64,000 nt of DNA, taken from contig NC_057744.1 of assembly GCF_004010195.1 (NCBI RefSeq), positions 35,782,710-35,846,709 of the forward strand, read 5' to 3'. This stretch comes from Chiloscyllium plagiosum. Its lineage: Eukaryota. Positions 46,181-57,660 of the stretch are shown one piece after another. Within the stretch, counting starts at the first letter, position 1. The number at the start of each line of letters is the position of its first letter. Position numbers and translations under genes: made by a program. Below the pieces are notes generated by a model. The model was not told the origin of the DNA, ran no database searches, and saw only the letters and a list, made by a program, of their open reading frames with translations.

Positions 46181-47576
46181 TTTACTGTGCTGGGTGTAGG
46201 TAGAATCCTGTTGAATTCAGTATATTCAGACCATATGAATCATAGAGTGGCTTGTTTAATGCAAAGTAACTTTAATACAAGTTACTGAATTCCAGTCTGG
46301 CAGTACAAGCCAAATGCCAAGTCATCCATATAATTATCACAGATTCTAACTACAAAAATAAGTTTTGCTTGATTTTGAAGCTGTGATGCTTTCCAGTAAG
46401 TACATTGCTTTCTTTCATCTCGATTAATATGTGCAAATGGCAGTTATTTTCAAAAATTGCAGCTGACACAAAACTTGGAAATATTGTAAACTGTGAGAAA
46501 GATAATGATAGACTTCAGGACGACAGAGATATATTGTTGAAAGGGAAATCAAATTTAATGCAGTGAAGTGTAAAATTTTGGTCTGTGGACCCAGTAGAGA
46601 CTTGAAATAATAGACACCATTCCAAAACAAGCGTTCAAGCAGATGCAACTGGAGGCTTATATGTACAAATTGTTAAAGATGGCAAGAGAGGTTGCAAAAT
46701 TGAAAAGAATTAAAGATGGCTTTAGAGGAAAGAGCAGATAACATGGCTACGCCCCCACCAATGCCAGCCCCTATTAGTTCTAAAACAGTTTCCTGAGCAT
46801 ACTGCTCCGTCTGTTGGGGTCTGGTTCCTGATACTGTTTCAACTGTGTGTTTTAAATACAATTCGGGGATATCAAAAGCAACCTGTCACTCAAATTCCAT
46901 CTTTCCCCCAGTAGCTCCTATCTTGCTCCATTTTACCTTCTCCTTGGTGTCTATATCTTTCTGTAATTTTGAACATTCTTCTCCTCTGGAACACATGCAA
47001 CAACCTGGGCTATGTGTGATTCCTTTTTCTCAGCTCCCTCTTTGGCTGTTATGTCTGCAAGGATGTTCCCCGTTTGCTACTGGTTTTCCAACTTTGATTC
47101 ACCTGTACTTTGATAATTCCCATCTCTGCAGGTGCCTGAGTTGGTTCCACTAATTCACATGCCTCTGAGTTTCCTCCTGAGGTGATGAACTCTCTCCTAC
47201 TCCATGGACCATGTCATAGCCATGGACTATCCTGAGTACATGCCAGCTATCAGTATATATATTCACTCTCCAGCCCCTAGCTGCCTTGAGGGCATCTGTA
47301 AGGGCTACCTGCACTGATAGGGCTCCTTCTCAACTTTCATTTCAGATATTCTCCTCATTCTGATTGACAACTGCCTAGGTTGTTTGAAATTGCCCATTTA
47401 TATATCTTCTAGATCTACTCTCATAGAAAGTCAAGTCTGAGTTCTCAAGCAGTTTATCTGTGATTCTCCCTTCCACTTCTTGGTCTAGACTCATCTGCCA
47501 CTGGTGCGATTCCCCTTTGGATATCAATCCATCTGCTAGATTGACTTTGGTGTCTCATCATCTGTAACTCTTTCAC

Positions 47577-47850
47577 AAAATCCTTATAGCATAGAAGTAG
47601 CCTATCAAGTCCACACCAACCCTCCATACAGCAACCCATTTCCAGCCCCCATCCCAGTATCTCTGCATTTTGGGTGGCTAATCCACCTGATCCACACATC
47701 TTTGGACTGTTGGAGAAAACTGGAGTGCCTGAAGGAAACCCACTGGGAAAATGTGCAAATTCCACACAGACAATTGCCCAAGCATGGAATCGAACCTGGG
47801 TCCCTGGCACTGTGATGCAGCAGTGTTAACCACTGAACCACTGTGCTGCC
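47577..47850 (-). mobile_element. HE1/V-SINE-type SINE, diverged
   Basis: Head and V-domain recognisable despite many substitutions. Confidence 0.8.
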
Positions 47851-49519
47851 AAAAGACTTTGCCTTTGGATAGTGACACAGAGTGCTATGCTGCCAAGTCT
47901 TGAGTCAGATATTGCGTTCAATTTCCCAGTGGTTAACAATTCCATGAATGTGTAGTATCTCCTGTCTGAATATCTATGCTGTTCAAAGGGAACAAAGAGA
48001 ATTTCCTTGATCTGGCTCTGATTTTGGGCTGTGGGAAACTAAGGGTTTGGTAACTGGGACAAATTCAGTTCCAATGAAGGAGGGTCAGTTCCAATGCCGG
48101 ACTGTTAATTGTGCCAGTAACATTCAAATTGCTCTTCTGCTATACAAAATACCCTGTATCTGGTAACCCTGACCTCCCAGGCTCTATTGTCTGCTAGCCA
48201 CCGAAGACCTCTCTTTGACAGAGGAACCTATTCCTGAGTTGGGTCTCCCTTCTCGTAATTTGCAAGGTGGGAGAGAATTCCAACACAAGGCAACCATGTC
48301 ACGAAACTTAATCAGATCTAGGTTAAAAACAAGTAATCCCCTGAAAAAAATGTTGGAGGAATCGCCCTCTCCATAATCAGAACCGCACGTCATAAATAAA
48401 AATGCACACCTCAGAGGAGGCTCAATGTAAAGATATCACTGCTGGGTGTGAAGGTGGGAGGTTACCATCTGTGTGAAGGTGAAAGGTTGCTATCTGGGAG
48501 TAGAGTGCCTGATCATCCAACCTAAGCATATTTCACCCAGATTTGCATGTTGTTTCAGAAGCCCTCGAAACAAAAAACAAAATTTCTCTCTATGTTTATG
48601 ACAAATTCCAGGGAAAGGACCAAAGTGACCAATTAACACTGCAATCAAGTGGTTTCAGATCAACATCTAATCCTAACACTCAGTTCCTCAGTGAGTGGTC
48701 ACTCTTGTTTCCTTGGCAGGGCAAAGATGAACGACAGATACAGGTGGCGAAAAGCACTCCATATAAGGCACCTAAACACCTCCAGCAGGGAGTCTAGTTG
48801 CCAGAGTCTGACCAGAAGTCAGACACATTTATTCTGGTTCATCCTTGGAAAGAAGGCATAGAGTAGAGCCCTTCGCACTTGCTCATTTCCTGCAGGTCAG
48901 CTGATTTTATAAACATGAGGCATACGGTCATTAGTGTAAGTTGGAAGGACCATTTCCACATCTGGCCCACACAAGTCCTGTCAAACATTTATGCAAGAGG
49001 TACAGGAGTGGCTCCATGTAAATTGAATAAAACTGGCTGAATAGGGAGCAGGCCTGATGGTCTCCAAAAGTGAAGGGGTGCCACCAAGAATACCTTAAAT
49101 TTCACCTGCAACAGTGTCCTGAACCAAAAACCTTGCAAAGTCCTGACTAAAGATTCATGACCCACTGTGACAAATGTCATTTCCTGATCAAGGGAGACAA
49201 GGATGCTCAACTGATCTGTCCTCTGGCAATGATGGACCAGAGTATACAGAGATGATGGGGCATTAAAGGGGCTTTTAGATAAGCACATGAATAAGCAAGG
49301 CATGGAGAAACATGGACCATGAGCAGGCAGAAGGGATTAGTGTAATTTGGCATCATGTTTGGCACAACATTGTGGGTTGCAGGGTCTGTTCCTGTGCTGT
49401 ACTGTTCTATATTCATGTTAATATGCTTTACGTTCTATGTTCTATGATTTATTAATGATATTACCGTGAATAGGCTGGCCTGACAATAGAGAGGACTGAT
49501 CTGAGTGAACCATGTGGTT

Positions 49520-49960
49520 CAGGATAATGACAAAGCAAGCTGGAAATGCTCCAACAAAGATGTTAGAAATCCACATTGAGGAGGTAAACTGGACACCAGT
49601 CTAACAATTGAAGTTCTACTCACCAGGGCAGCAGAGCTATTACAGCTCTGCATCAAGAGAAGGGTATCTCTCTCATCACATTCCTTCAGGACATGTATGC
49701 AGTCATTTCCCAAGAATAGTCCGAGGAATTCCATTGCCAGATTGTCCAGCCCTGAAGACATGCCTTTGAAGAGTAGGTTGAGGGTGCCAGTCAGCTCCTT
49801 GAAGCTCAGAGAATCATCAAGCATCAGGGCTGACCTGCTACAGGTCCTCCAAGGGAATTTTGTGAGTATTCATATTGGATATATCTAGAAAGAAAGGAGT
49901 AGAGTGGAATGGAATGCTCCCACTTGAGTCTTGATGCCTTTTGGATTTGAGACATAGAGT
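49520..49960 (-). mobile_element. Tx1/L1-clade LINE RT N-terminal remnant
   Basis: LDDSLSFKELTGTLNLLFKGMSSGLDNLAMEF resembles LDxPLSLxELxxAL...KxPGxDGLxxEF. Confidence 0.5.
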
Positions 49961-50071
49961 CAGAGAGATCTACAGCACAGAAAAAGGCCCTTCAGCCCAT
50001 CATGTTTGTGCCAGTCAACAATAACCACCTAAGTATTCTCATCCTATTAACCTGCACTTGACTCCTAGCCT

Positions 50072-50335
50072 TAGAATCATAGAGTCCCTACAGTGTGGAA
50101 GCAGGCCCTCCAAATAGCTTCCAAAACAACTCCCCTCCACCCCCCCAACCCTACATTTCCCATGGCTAATACATCTAGCCTGCACACTGTGGGCAATCCA
50201 AGTTATATTTACATTTTTGGAGTGAGGGAGGAAATCCACACAGACTCAGGGAGAATATGTAAACTTCACCCAGTGGCAGAATCGATCCTGAGTCTTTGGT
50301 GCTGTGAGTCAGCAGTGCTAACCACTGAGCCACTG
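50072..50335 (-). mobile_element. HE1/V-SINE-type SINE, diverged
   Basis: Runs from tagagtccctacagtgtggaagcaggcc to gcagtgctaaccactgagccac. Confidence 0.75.
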
Positions 50336-50500
50336 AGACTTCTTTGTCTTGGGATCACAAATGGGCATATAAATACTTCTTAAATGTTCTGTGGCATTCT
50401 ACCTCTACCATCCTCATAGGCAATGAATTCTAGATTCCCACCACCTTCTGTCTAGAAAGTGCAGGTGGACACTTGAAAAAAGAAAGTAGGAGTTTCATTT

Positions 50501-50817
50501 TAGATTAGATTCCCTATAGTATGGAAACAGGCCCTTTGGCCTATCAAGTCCACATCAACCCTCCAAGGACTAACCCACCCAGACCCATTCCCCTCCATTT
50601 ATCCCTGACTAATGCCTCTAACACTGCAGGCAATTTAGCATGGCCAATTCTCCTGAAGAGCATATTTTTGGACTGTGGGAGGAAACCAGAGCAGCCAGAG
50701 GAAACACAGTCACAGTGAGAATGTACAATCGCCACACAGTCAATCACCCAAGGCAGGAATAGAACCCAGGTCCCAGGTGCTGTAGGGCAGCAATGCTATC
50801 ACTGAGCCACCATGCCG
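50501..50817 (-). mobile_element. HE1/V-SINE-type SINE, diverged
   Basis: Runs from tagattagattccctatagtatggaaacaggcc to cactgagccaccatgccg. Confidence 0.8.
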
Positions 50818-51039
50818 ACAGTGTGACAAAACACTGAAAATAAAGAATAATCTAAAGGTACTTTAAAAGTTTATCTGAAGCAAGAGAATAACTGGAAAGA
50901 GTAGGGCCCTTTTGAGATGAAAGTTGCAATCTGTGTATTGAGCCAAAAATATGTAGGTGAGGTTTTAAATCAATACTTTGAAATTCAAAAGCTAGGAATA
51001 ACTTAAGAAAGGGACACACAAGGGAAAAGACATGAACTA

Positions 51040-51300
51040 CAATGTTCTATATCATTAAAACAGATGGTCCTGCTATCCTGGGGTTAGGCCGTTTTGAAGA
51101 GCTACAGATTATCTCAGTAAACCATGAGGTGAAAGATGCATAACTGATGGTTGAAGGTAGTAAATCTATGACAAAGCATTGTCTAATCAGAAACAAGGAA
51201 GGTTTTGTACGATGCACCTAGAGTATTTTGATGAGATGGTTAGATGCTTTGAAAGATTTTGAGTATTGCATTATTACTGATCCAGGAAAGAAACCAATGC
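51040..51300 (+). mobile_element. Gypsy-type pol fragment (end of protease and linker)
   Basis: FYIIKTDGPAILGLGRFEELQIISVN, then a frameshifted FDEMVRCF/DFEYCIITDPGKKP, typical of the retropepsin-to-RT linker. Confidence 0.5.
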
Positions 51301-51324
51301 TTTATCTCTCACGTATTTATTTTT

Positions 51325-52145
51325 CATTTGTTCATGGGATGTGGGCATCACTGACTGGGCCAGCAGTTATTCCCACATTCTAGTTGCCCTGAAGAAGGTG
51401 GTGAGTTGCCTTCTTGAACCACTCCAGTCCTTGGAGTGTAGGAACACCCATAGTACCATTAGGAAAGGAGCTCCAGAAATTTTACCCAACAACAACATAA
51501 AAAGAACAATATATTTTCAAGTCAGATGGTGTGTGGCTTAGAGGGGAACATCCAAGGGTGATGTTCACAGGCATCTCCTGTCCTTATCCTTAAAGATAGT
51601 ACGGCACGGTGGCACGGTGGCACAGTGGTTAGCACTGCTGCCTCACAACGCCAGAGACCCGGGTTCAATTCCCGCCTCAGGCGACTGACTGTGTGGAGTT
51701 TGCACGTTCTCCCCGTGTCTGCGTGGGTTTCCTCCGGGTGCTCCGGTTTCCTCCCACAGTCCAAAGATGTGCAGGTTAGGTGAATTGGCCATGCTAAATT
51801 GCCCGTAGTGTTAGGTATGGGGTAAATGTAGGGGTATGGGTGGGTTGCGCTTCGGCGGGGTGGTGTGGGCTTGTTGGGCCGAAGGGCCTGTTTCCACACT
51901 GTAAGTAATCTAAAAAAAAAGATCAGGGTTTGCTATCAAAAGAACCTTGGTCAGTTGTCACAGTTCATCTTGTAGATGGTGCACACTGCGGCTACTGTGT
52001 GTCAGTGGTGAAGCCACATATTGTTTAAGTGGTGCATAGGATGTCAGTAAGTGGGCTGCTTTGTCCTGGTTGCTGTCAAAGTTCTTCAGTGTTGCTGAAG
52101 CTGCATTTATCCATACAACTATATTGTACTTCTGACTTGTGCCTT
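51325..52145 (-). mobile_element. Old L2/CR1-group LINE 3' end interrupted by an HE1-type SINE
   Basis: catgggatgtgggcatcactgactgggccagcagttattcccacatt... is collinear with 39615-40090. Confidence 0.75.
51602..51912 (+). mobile_element. HE1/V-SINE-type SINE, young full-length copy inside an older LINE fragment
   Basis: Near-consensus copy with CpGs retained and a duplicated ggcacggt at the 5' end. Confidence 0.92.
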
Positions 52146-52313
52146 GAACAACCAACAAGAGTTGATGAAAGATGATGCTGAATATCGGTTCAGAGTCACA
52201 AGCGAGAAGTTTTAACAAACGCAAAGAAGTAGTGTGCAAGGAGACAATTCTGTCATATTGCAGATAGAAACCTTCCACTCTATAAGCAGATGCTTCAACA
52301 AAAGGTCTGAGAT

Positions 52314-52598
52314 CACGGTGGCACAGTGGTTAGCACTGCTGCTTCACAGCACCAGAGACACAGGTTCACATTCCTACTTTAGGCTGACTGTGTGGAATTT
52401 GCACATTCTCCCCGTGTCTGCGTGGGTTTCCTCCGAGTGCTCCGGTTTCCTCCCACAGTCCAAAAATATGCAGGTTAGGTGAATTGGCCATCCTAAATTG
52501 CCCGTAGTGTTAGGTGTAGGGGAATGGGTCTGGATGGGTGGGTGGTGTGGACTTGTTGGGCCGAAGGGCCTGTTTCCACACTGTGAGTAATCTAATCT
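52314..52598 (+). mobile_element. HE1/V-SINE-type SINE
   Basis: Head, V-domain and gtaatctaatct tail present. Confidence 0.88.
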
Positions 52599-52599
52599 C

Positions 52600-53085
52600 C
52601 TCAAAAACTCCTGCCCCCTACATTAAATCTATGTCCCCTGGTCATTGATCTCTCCAACAAGGGGAAATGTCTCTTTCTATTTATGCCTCTTACAAGTTTT
52701 GCATCGCAATTAAGTTCCCAATCAGCCTCCTCTGCTCCAAGGAAAGTATCACCAGTCTATCCAATCTCTCTTCATAGAAAAAACTCTCTAGCCCAAGTAA
52801 CATCCTGGTAAATCTCTGCTGTACCCTCTCCAGTGCTATCACATCTATCCTATAATATGATTTTCAGAACTGCACACAATACTGTAGCTGTGGTGTAACC
52901 AACAACTTATACACTTCAGGCATTACCTCCCTGTTCTTAATCTCTATACCTCAACTAATAAAGCCAAGTATCCCAAGTGGCTTCTTAACTATTTATCCAT
53001 CTGTCCTGCTACCTGAAGGGACCCATGTATGTGCTTCGGATCCTTGTTGCTTCTCAAGGTCCTACTGTTCATCATGTATTCCTTT
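52600..53085 (-). mobile_element. CR1-clade LINE fragment
   Basis: Antisense ORF2 remnants (cagaactgcacacaatac = YCVQF). Confidence 0.75.
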
Positions 53086-54356
53086 GACAAGAAATCTGTT
53101 TTAAGCCAGAAGCTCAAAGAACTGCTGAGCTTGAGGAACCGGATTCTGAACCTCACTTATACATCCTGAATCTAACAAGTCACAGGTCTCAGAGTGCATC
53201 CTTCTGCACTAAAATGCAGGTCTCCCTCAACACTTTCCCTCCACTCTTCTCCCATCTGGAAAAAAAATCCTCTGATTGATAAGCCAGAGATATTCAGCAT
53301 ACAATTCTGGGAGGAAGTCAATGTGGGATATTCCTGTCTGCACCATCACCCAGGGACCCAGTTGATGGGATGTTGTGGATACAGTCCTTTGCCAGGCCAG
53401 GCTAGGCAACACCCATGGACATCAGGATACCCATCAGTGGGTGCTGTTTCAGGAACCACGCCCAGCTTAGGCCCTGTCTCTGCTCTCAATGGTGGCTTCA
53501 CATTCTCCATCTCTAAGGGAGGGGTTAGAAGATAGGTAAGGCAGTGCCACATCCTCAATGGCAAAGGGACAGATTTTAATGTTGTTCCCTCCACCGTTAA
53601 GGAGAGGTGCCTTTTTCGGGAAAGCTGAGGAGTGAAGCAGACCTTCATTTCATTAGGGATTTATTGCACCCCTCCCTCCTCTTAATTTCCTCCCAGTGGG
53701 CTTGGGATCATTTGGGGCACAACAGACACAGAGTCCCATGGTTTTGTGATGGTCCTGTCAGCTTTAGCAATATGCAGCATGGGAGGGAGAGTATGTTGGG
53801 CTCAGGGCCATGTTAGAACTCATTTGACTCAGTACCACACTGGGGAGATGTGTGACTTGGGGCCACGTGGGTACTTGGGTTCAGAGTTTCTCAGGTTTGG
53901 GGCCATGCGGGAGATTGTCACATTTGGAGCTACGTAAAGGCATTCTGAGCTTGGGGCTATTGGGGGACTGCCTTGAGATATTTTGTCTTCTTCCACATGG
54001 TTTTTCTGTGTGGATGTTCTCACCCCTCCACATGACCAGCAGCCATGGTGGTATTAGCTGCTGACATAGACAGCCGCTCTGGCTTGCGGGTTTGGATCTG
54101 CAATGAACTGCTCTACAGGTGGTGGAATCCCATTTAGTTATGACTTCAAAAGAGAATTGGGTAAGCACCTGAAGTAAGCACCTGTGGGATTGGGAAAAAG
54201 AACAAGGAATGGTATAGCATAATGTCAGCATAGACTCTGGATTGAATGGCCTACTTCTGTGCAGTGACTGTTCTAATGCAATCATCATTATGAATTGGGG
54301 AGAATTACAGGTTGCAAGGTGGGTGATACATAAGTACTTTCAATTCACAAGCTTTT

Positions 54357-54886
54357 ATAGAGTCATAGAGTCATAGAGTCATAGAACATGGTTCGGTTCA
54401 ATTCGTCCATACTGACCCTAACTAAACTAGTCTCATTTGCCTGCATTCAGTTCATATCACTTTAAACTTTTCCTATTCATGTACCTGTCCAAATGTTTTA
54501 TAAATATTGTAACTGTATCCATATCTACCACTTCCTCTTGTAGTCAATTCCACATACAAACCACCTTCAGTCTGAAAAAGTTGCCCCTCACATCTTTTTT
54601 AAATCTTTCTCCCACCACTTTAAAACTATTCCCTCTAGTTTTGAACTCCCCCTAATCTAGGGAAAAGACCTTTGCTATTCACCTTATCTATGCCCCTCAT
54701 GGTTTTATAAACCTCCATAAGGTCACACCTTAGTCTCCTATGCTCCAGTGAAAAAGTCCCAACCTATCCAGCTTCACCTTGTAACACAAATCCTCCAGTC
54801 CTGGCAACATCCTGGTAAGATTTTTCTGCACCCTTACTAATATCATTCCTATAGCCGGGTGACCAGAACTGTACGCAATACCCCAA
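54357..54886 (-). mobile_element. CR1/HER1-type LINE 3' fragment
   Basis: (atagagtc)n tail; antisense homology to 29803-30100 and 34900-35150. Confidence 0.85.
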
Positions 54887-55335
54887 AAGGGAAGATTGTT
54901 ATTTATCCAGTGTCTAGATCCTCAAGCATATCCTTTGGTGGAACTAATTTTATATTGCAACACTTACTAAAATCAAAAGTTATTTCAAATAAATTATAAG
55001 CTATTTGATATCTAGTTACACATTCAAATGCCCAGACAAGGAGGATCAGTACACCATTCAACCTATCCAGTTTGCTCCGCCATTCAATAACATCATATCT
55101 AATCAGATTGTAATCTTAAATCAATTTTCCTGCCTACCCTTGATAATCTTTCACCCTTTTACTTAGCAAGATTCTATCTATCTCTGCCTTACAAATGTTC
55201 AAGGACTGTGCTTCCACGATCTTTCAAGCAGTATTCTTATGACTGAGTCCTCCAATCTTGCTGTCTTACAGCAAAAGAGGCTATTAAGCCCATTTTGAGT
55301 AACTTAACAAGGCACTAGTCAGACCTCACCTGGAA

Positions 55336-56946
55336 TAGAACATAAAACATAAAACATCACATTACATGTCCTTCAGCTCTTGATGTTGTGCTGACCTTTT
55401 GTCCTCCTCTAAGATCAGACTAACCTGCCTATCCTACATTTTACTATCATCTATGTGCCTATCCAAGTGTCGCTTAAATATCCCTAATGTATCTGAGTCT
55501 ACTATCACTGCTGGCAGTGCATTCCACACATCCATCACGCTCTGTGTAAGGAACCTACCTCTGACATCTCCCCTAGACCTTTCTCCAATGCCCTTAATAT
55601 TATGTCCCCTCATGATCGACATTTCCACTATGGGAAAAAGCCTTGGCTCTCCACTCTATGCCTCTCATTATCTTGTACAGCTCTATAAAGTCACTTCTCA
55701 ACCTTCGGTCCAACAAGAAAATCCCTAGCTCCCTCAACCTCTCTTCATAAGACAGGCCCCCCAGTCCAGGTAGCATCCTGGCAAAATCTCCTCTGCACCT
55801 TCTCTAAAGCTTCCACATCCTTCCTATAATGAGACGACTAGGACTTTGTAGAGCTGCAGCGTAACCTCGCAATTCTTAAACTCAATCCCCCGGCTAATGA
55901 AAGCAAACCCATATGCCTTCTTAACTACCCTATCAACTTGGGTGGCAACTTTAAGGGATCTATGGATATGGAACCCAAGATCCCTCTGTTCCTCCATATT
56001 GCCAAGAATCCTGTCTTTAACCCTGTAATCTGCATTCAAACTCGACCTTCCAAAATGAATCACTTCACACTTTTCTAGTTTGAACTTCATCTGCCACTTC
56101 TCAGCCCAGTTCTGCATCCTGTCAATGTCCCGTTGCAACCTACAACAGCCCTTCACACTATCCACAACTCGACAAACCTTCATGTTATCGGCAAGCATTC
56201 TAACCCCTCCTTCCACTTCCACATTTCAGTCATTTATAAAAATCACAAAGAGCAGAGGTACCAGAACTAATCCCTTGGTAACCACTGGTTACCAAGCTCC
56301 AGTTTGAATACTTACCATCTACCACCATTATCTGTCTTCTTTGAGCCAGCCAATTCAGTAACTAGACAGCCAGATTTTCTTGCATCCATGCCACTTTACT
56401 TTCTAAATGAGACTACCATGGGGAACCTTATCAAATGTCTTGCTAAAATCCACATACACTACATTCACTGTTCTACTTTCATCAATGTATTTTGTCACAT
56501 CCTCAAAGAATTCATTGAGGCTTGTGAGGCATGACCTGCACCTCACAAAGCCATGCTGACTATCTCTAATCAAGCTATGCTTTTCCAAATAATCAGAAAT
56601 CGTGTATCTCAGAATCCTCTCCAACAATTTGCGCACCACAACTGACTGGTCTGTAATTCCCAAGGTTATCGCTATTCCCTTTCTTGAACAAGGGAATAAC
56701 ATTTGCAACCTTCCAATCATCTGGCACTATTCCAGTGGACAGTGAGAACATAAAGACCATTGCCAAAGGTGCAGCAATCTCCTCCCTCTCTTCCTGTAGA
56801 AACCTTGGGTATATCCCATCTGGCCCAGGGAATTTATCTATCCTCACGTTTTTCAAAATTTTCAGCTCAGCCTCCACCTTAACATCAATCTGTTTGAGCA
56901 TACCAGACTGTTACACCCTGTCCTCACAACAACAAGGTTCCTCTCA
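55336..56946 (-). mobile_element. CR1-clade LINE, 1.6 kb 3' part with frameshifted RT
   Basis: ORFs KFPGPDGIYPR...DWKVANVIPLFKKG...NYRPVS, SQHGFVRCRSCLT...VDFSKTFDKVPH and LADNMKV...WAEKWQMKF. Confidence 0.92.
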
Positions 56947-57660
56947 TTGTGAAGAGTTTTGGCTCCCTATCTAAGGAAACATATACAGGCATTGGAGACA
57001 GTCCAGAAGAGGTTCATTGGCCTAACCCAGGTCTGGAGGATCTTATGATGAGAAGTTGAGTAGGTTTGGTTTGTGCTTATTGGAGTTTAGATGAAGGTGA
57101 CCTTTTGAAACAACAAGGTTCTTAGGAAAGAAAGCAAAAATGCTGGAGATTACAGCAGGTCAGGCAGCTTCCATGGAGAGAAAGCAAGCTAAGGTTTCAA
57201 GTTTAGATGACTCTTCACATCTAGACTCAGAACATTAGCCTGTTTTCTCTCCATCAATGCTGCCCGACCTGCTGTGATCTCCAGCACTTTTTGTGTTCTG
57301 TTCAGATTTCAGCAGTAATTTGCTCCTGCATATGGTTCTTAGGAGAGTTGACAGGGTAAATACTGAAAGGTTGCTTCCCCTTGTGGGAGAGTCTGGAACT
57401 TGGGGACATAATCTCAGATTAAAGTGTCACACATTTAAGACAGAAATGAAGACGAATTTCTGCTTTCGGAGGGTTGTGAACCTGTGAAATTCTTTACCAG
57501 GGAGAGCTGTCGAGGCTGTTTATTAAGTATACTGAAGGCTGAGATAGATTACTAATCATTGTTGGAATCTAAGGTTATGGGGAAAAGGCAGGAAAGTGAA
57601 TTTGAAGAACATCAAATCAGCCATAATCTCACTGAATGGCAGAACAGGCTTCTGTTTTAT
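56947..57660 (+). mobile_element. Older CR1-clade LINE 3' fragment (host of two later insertions; its 5' stub is about 55308-55337)
   Basis: aaggcactagtcagacctcacctggaata continues as ttgtgaagagttttggctccctatctaagg after the minus-strand CR1. Confidence 0.75.
57128..57333. mobile_element. Penelope-derived fold-back inserted into a CR1 with an exact 11-bp TSD
   Basis: ggttcttagga at 57117-57127 and 57334-57344. Inverted arms tgctggagattacagcaggtcaggcagc and gctgcccgacctgctgtgatctccagca. Confidence 0.82.

Noticed and set aside
51602-51680. tRNA gene
   Set aside because: The A/B-box sequence is the head of a SINE and continues directly into the V-domain. The same applies to the other copies.
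53194-54120. Cluster of overlapping 60-135 aa ORFs
   Set aside because: No intact domain. Probably a heavily decayed Tx1/L1-type LINE, but too degraded to call.
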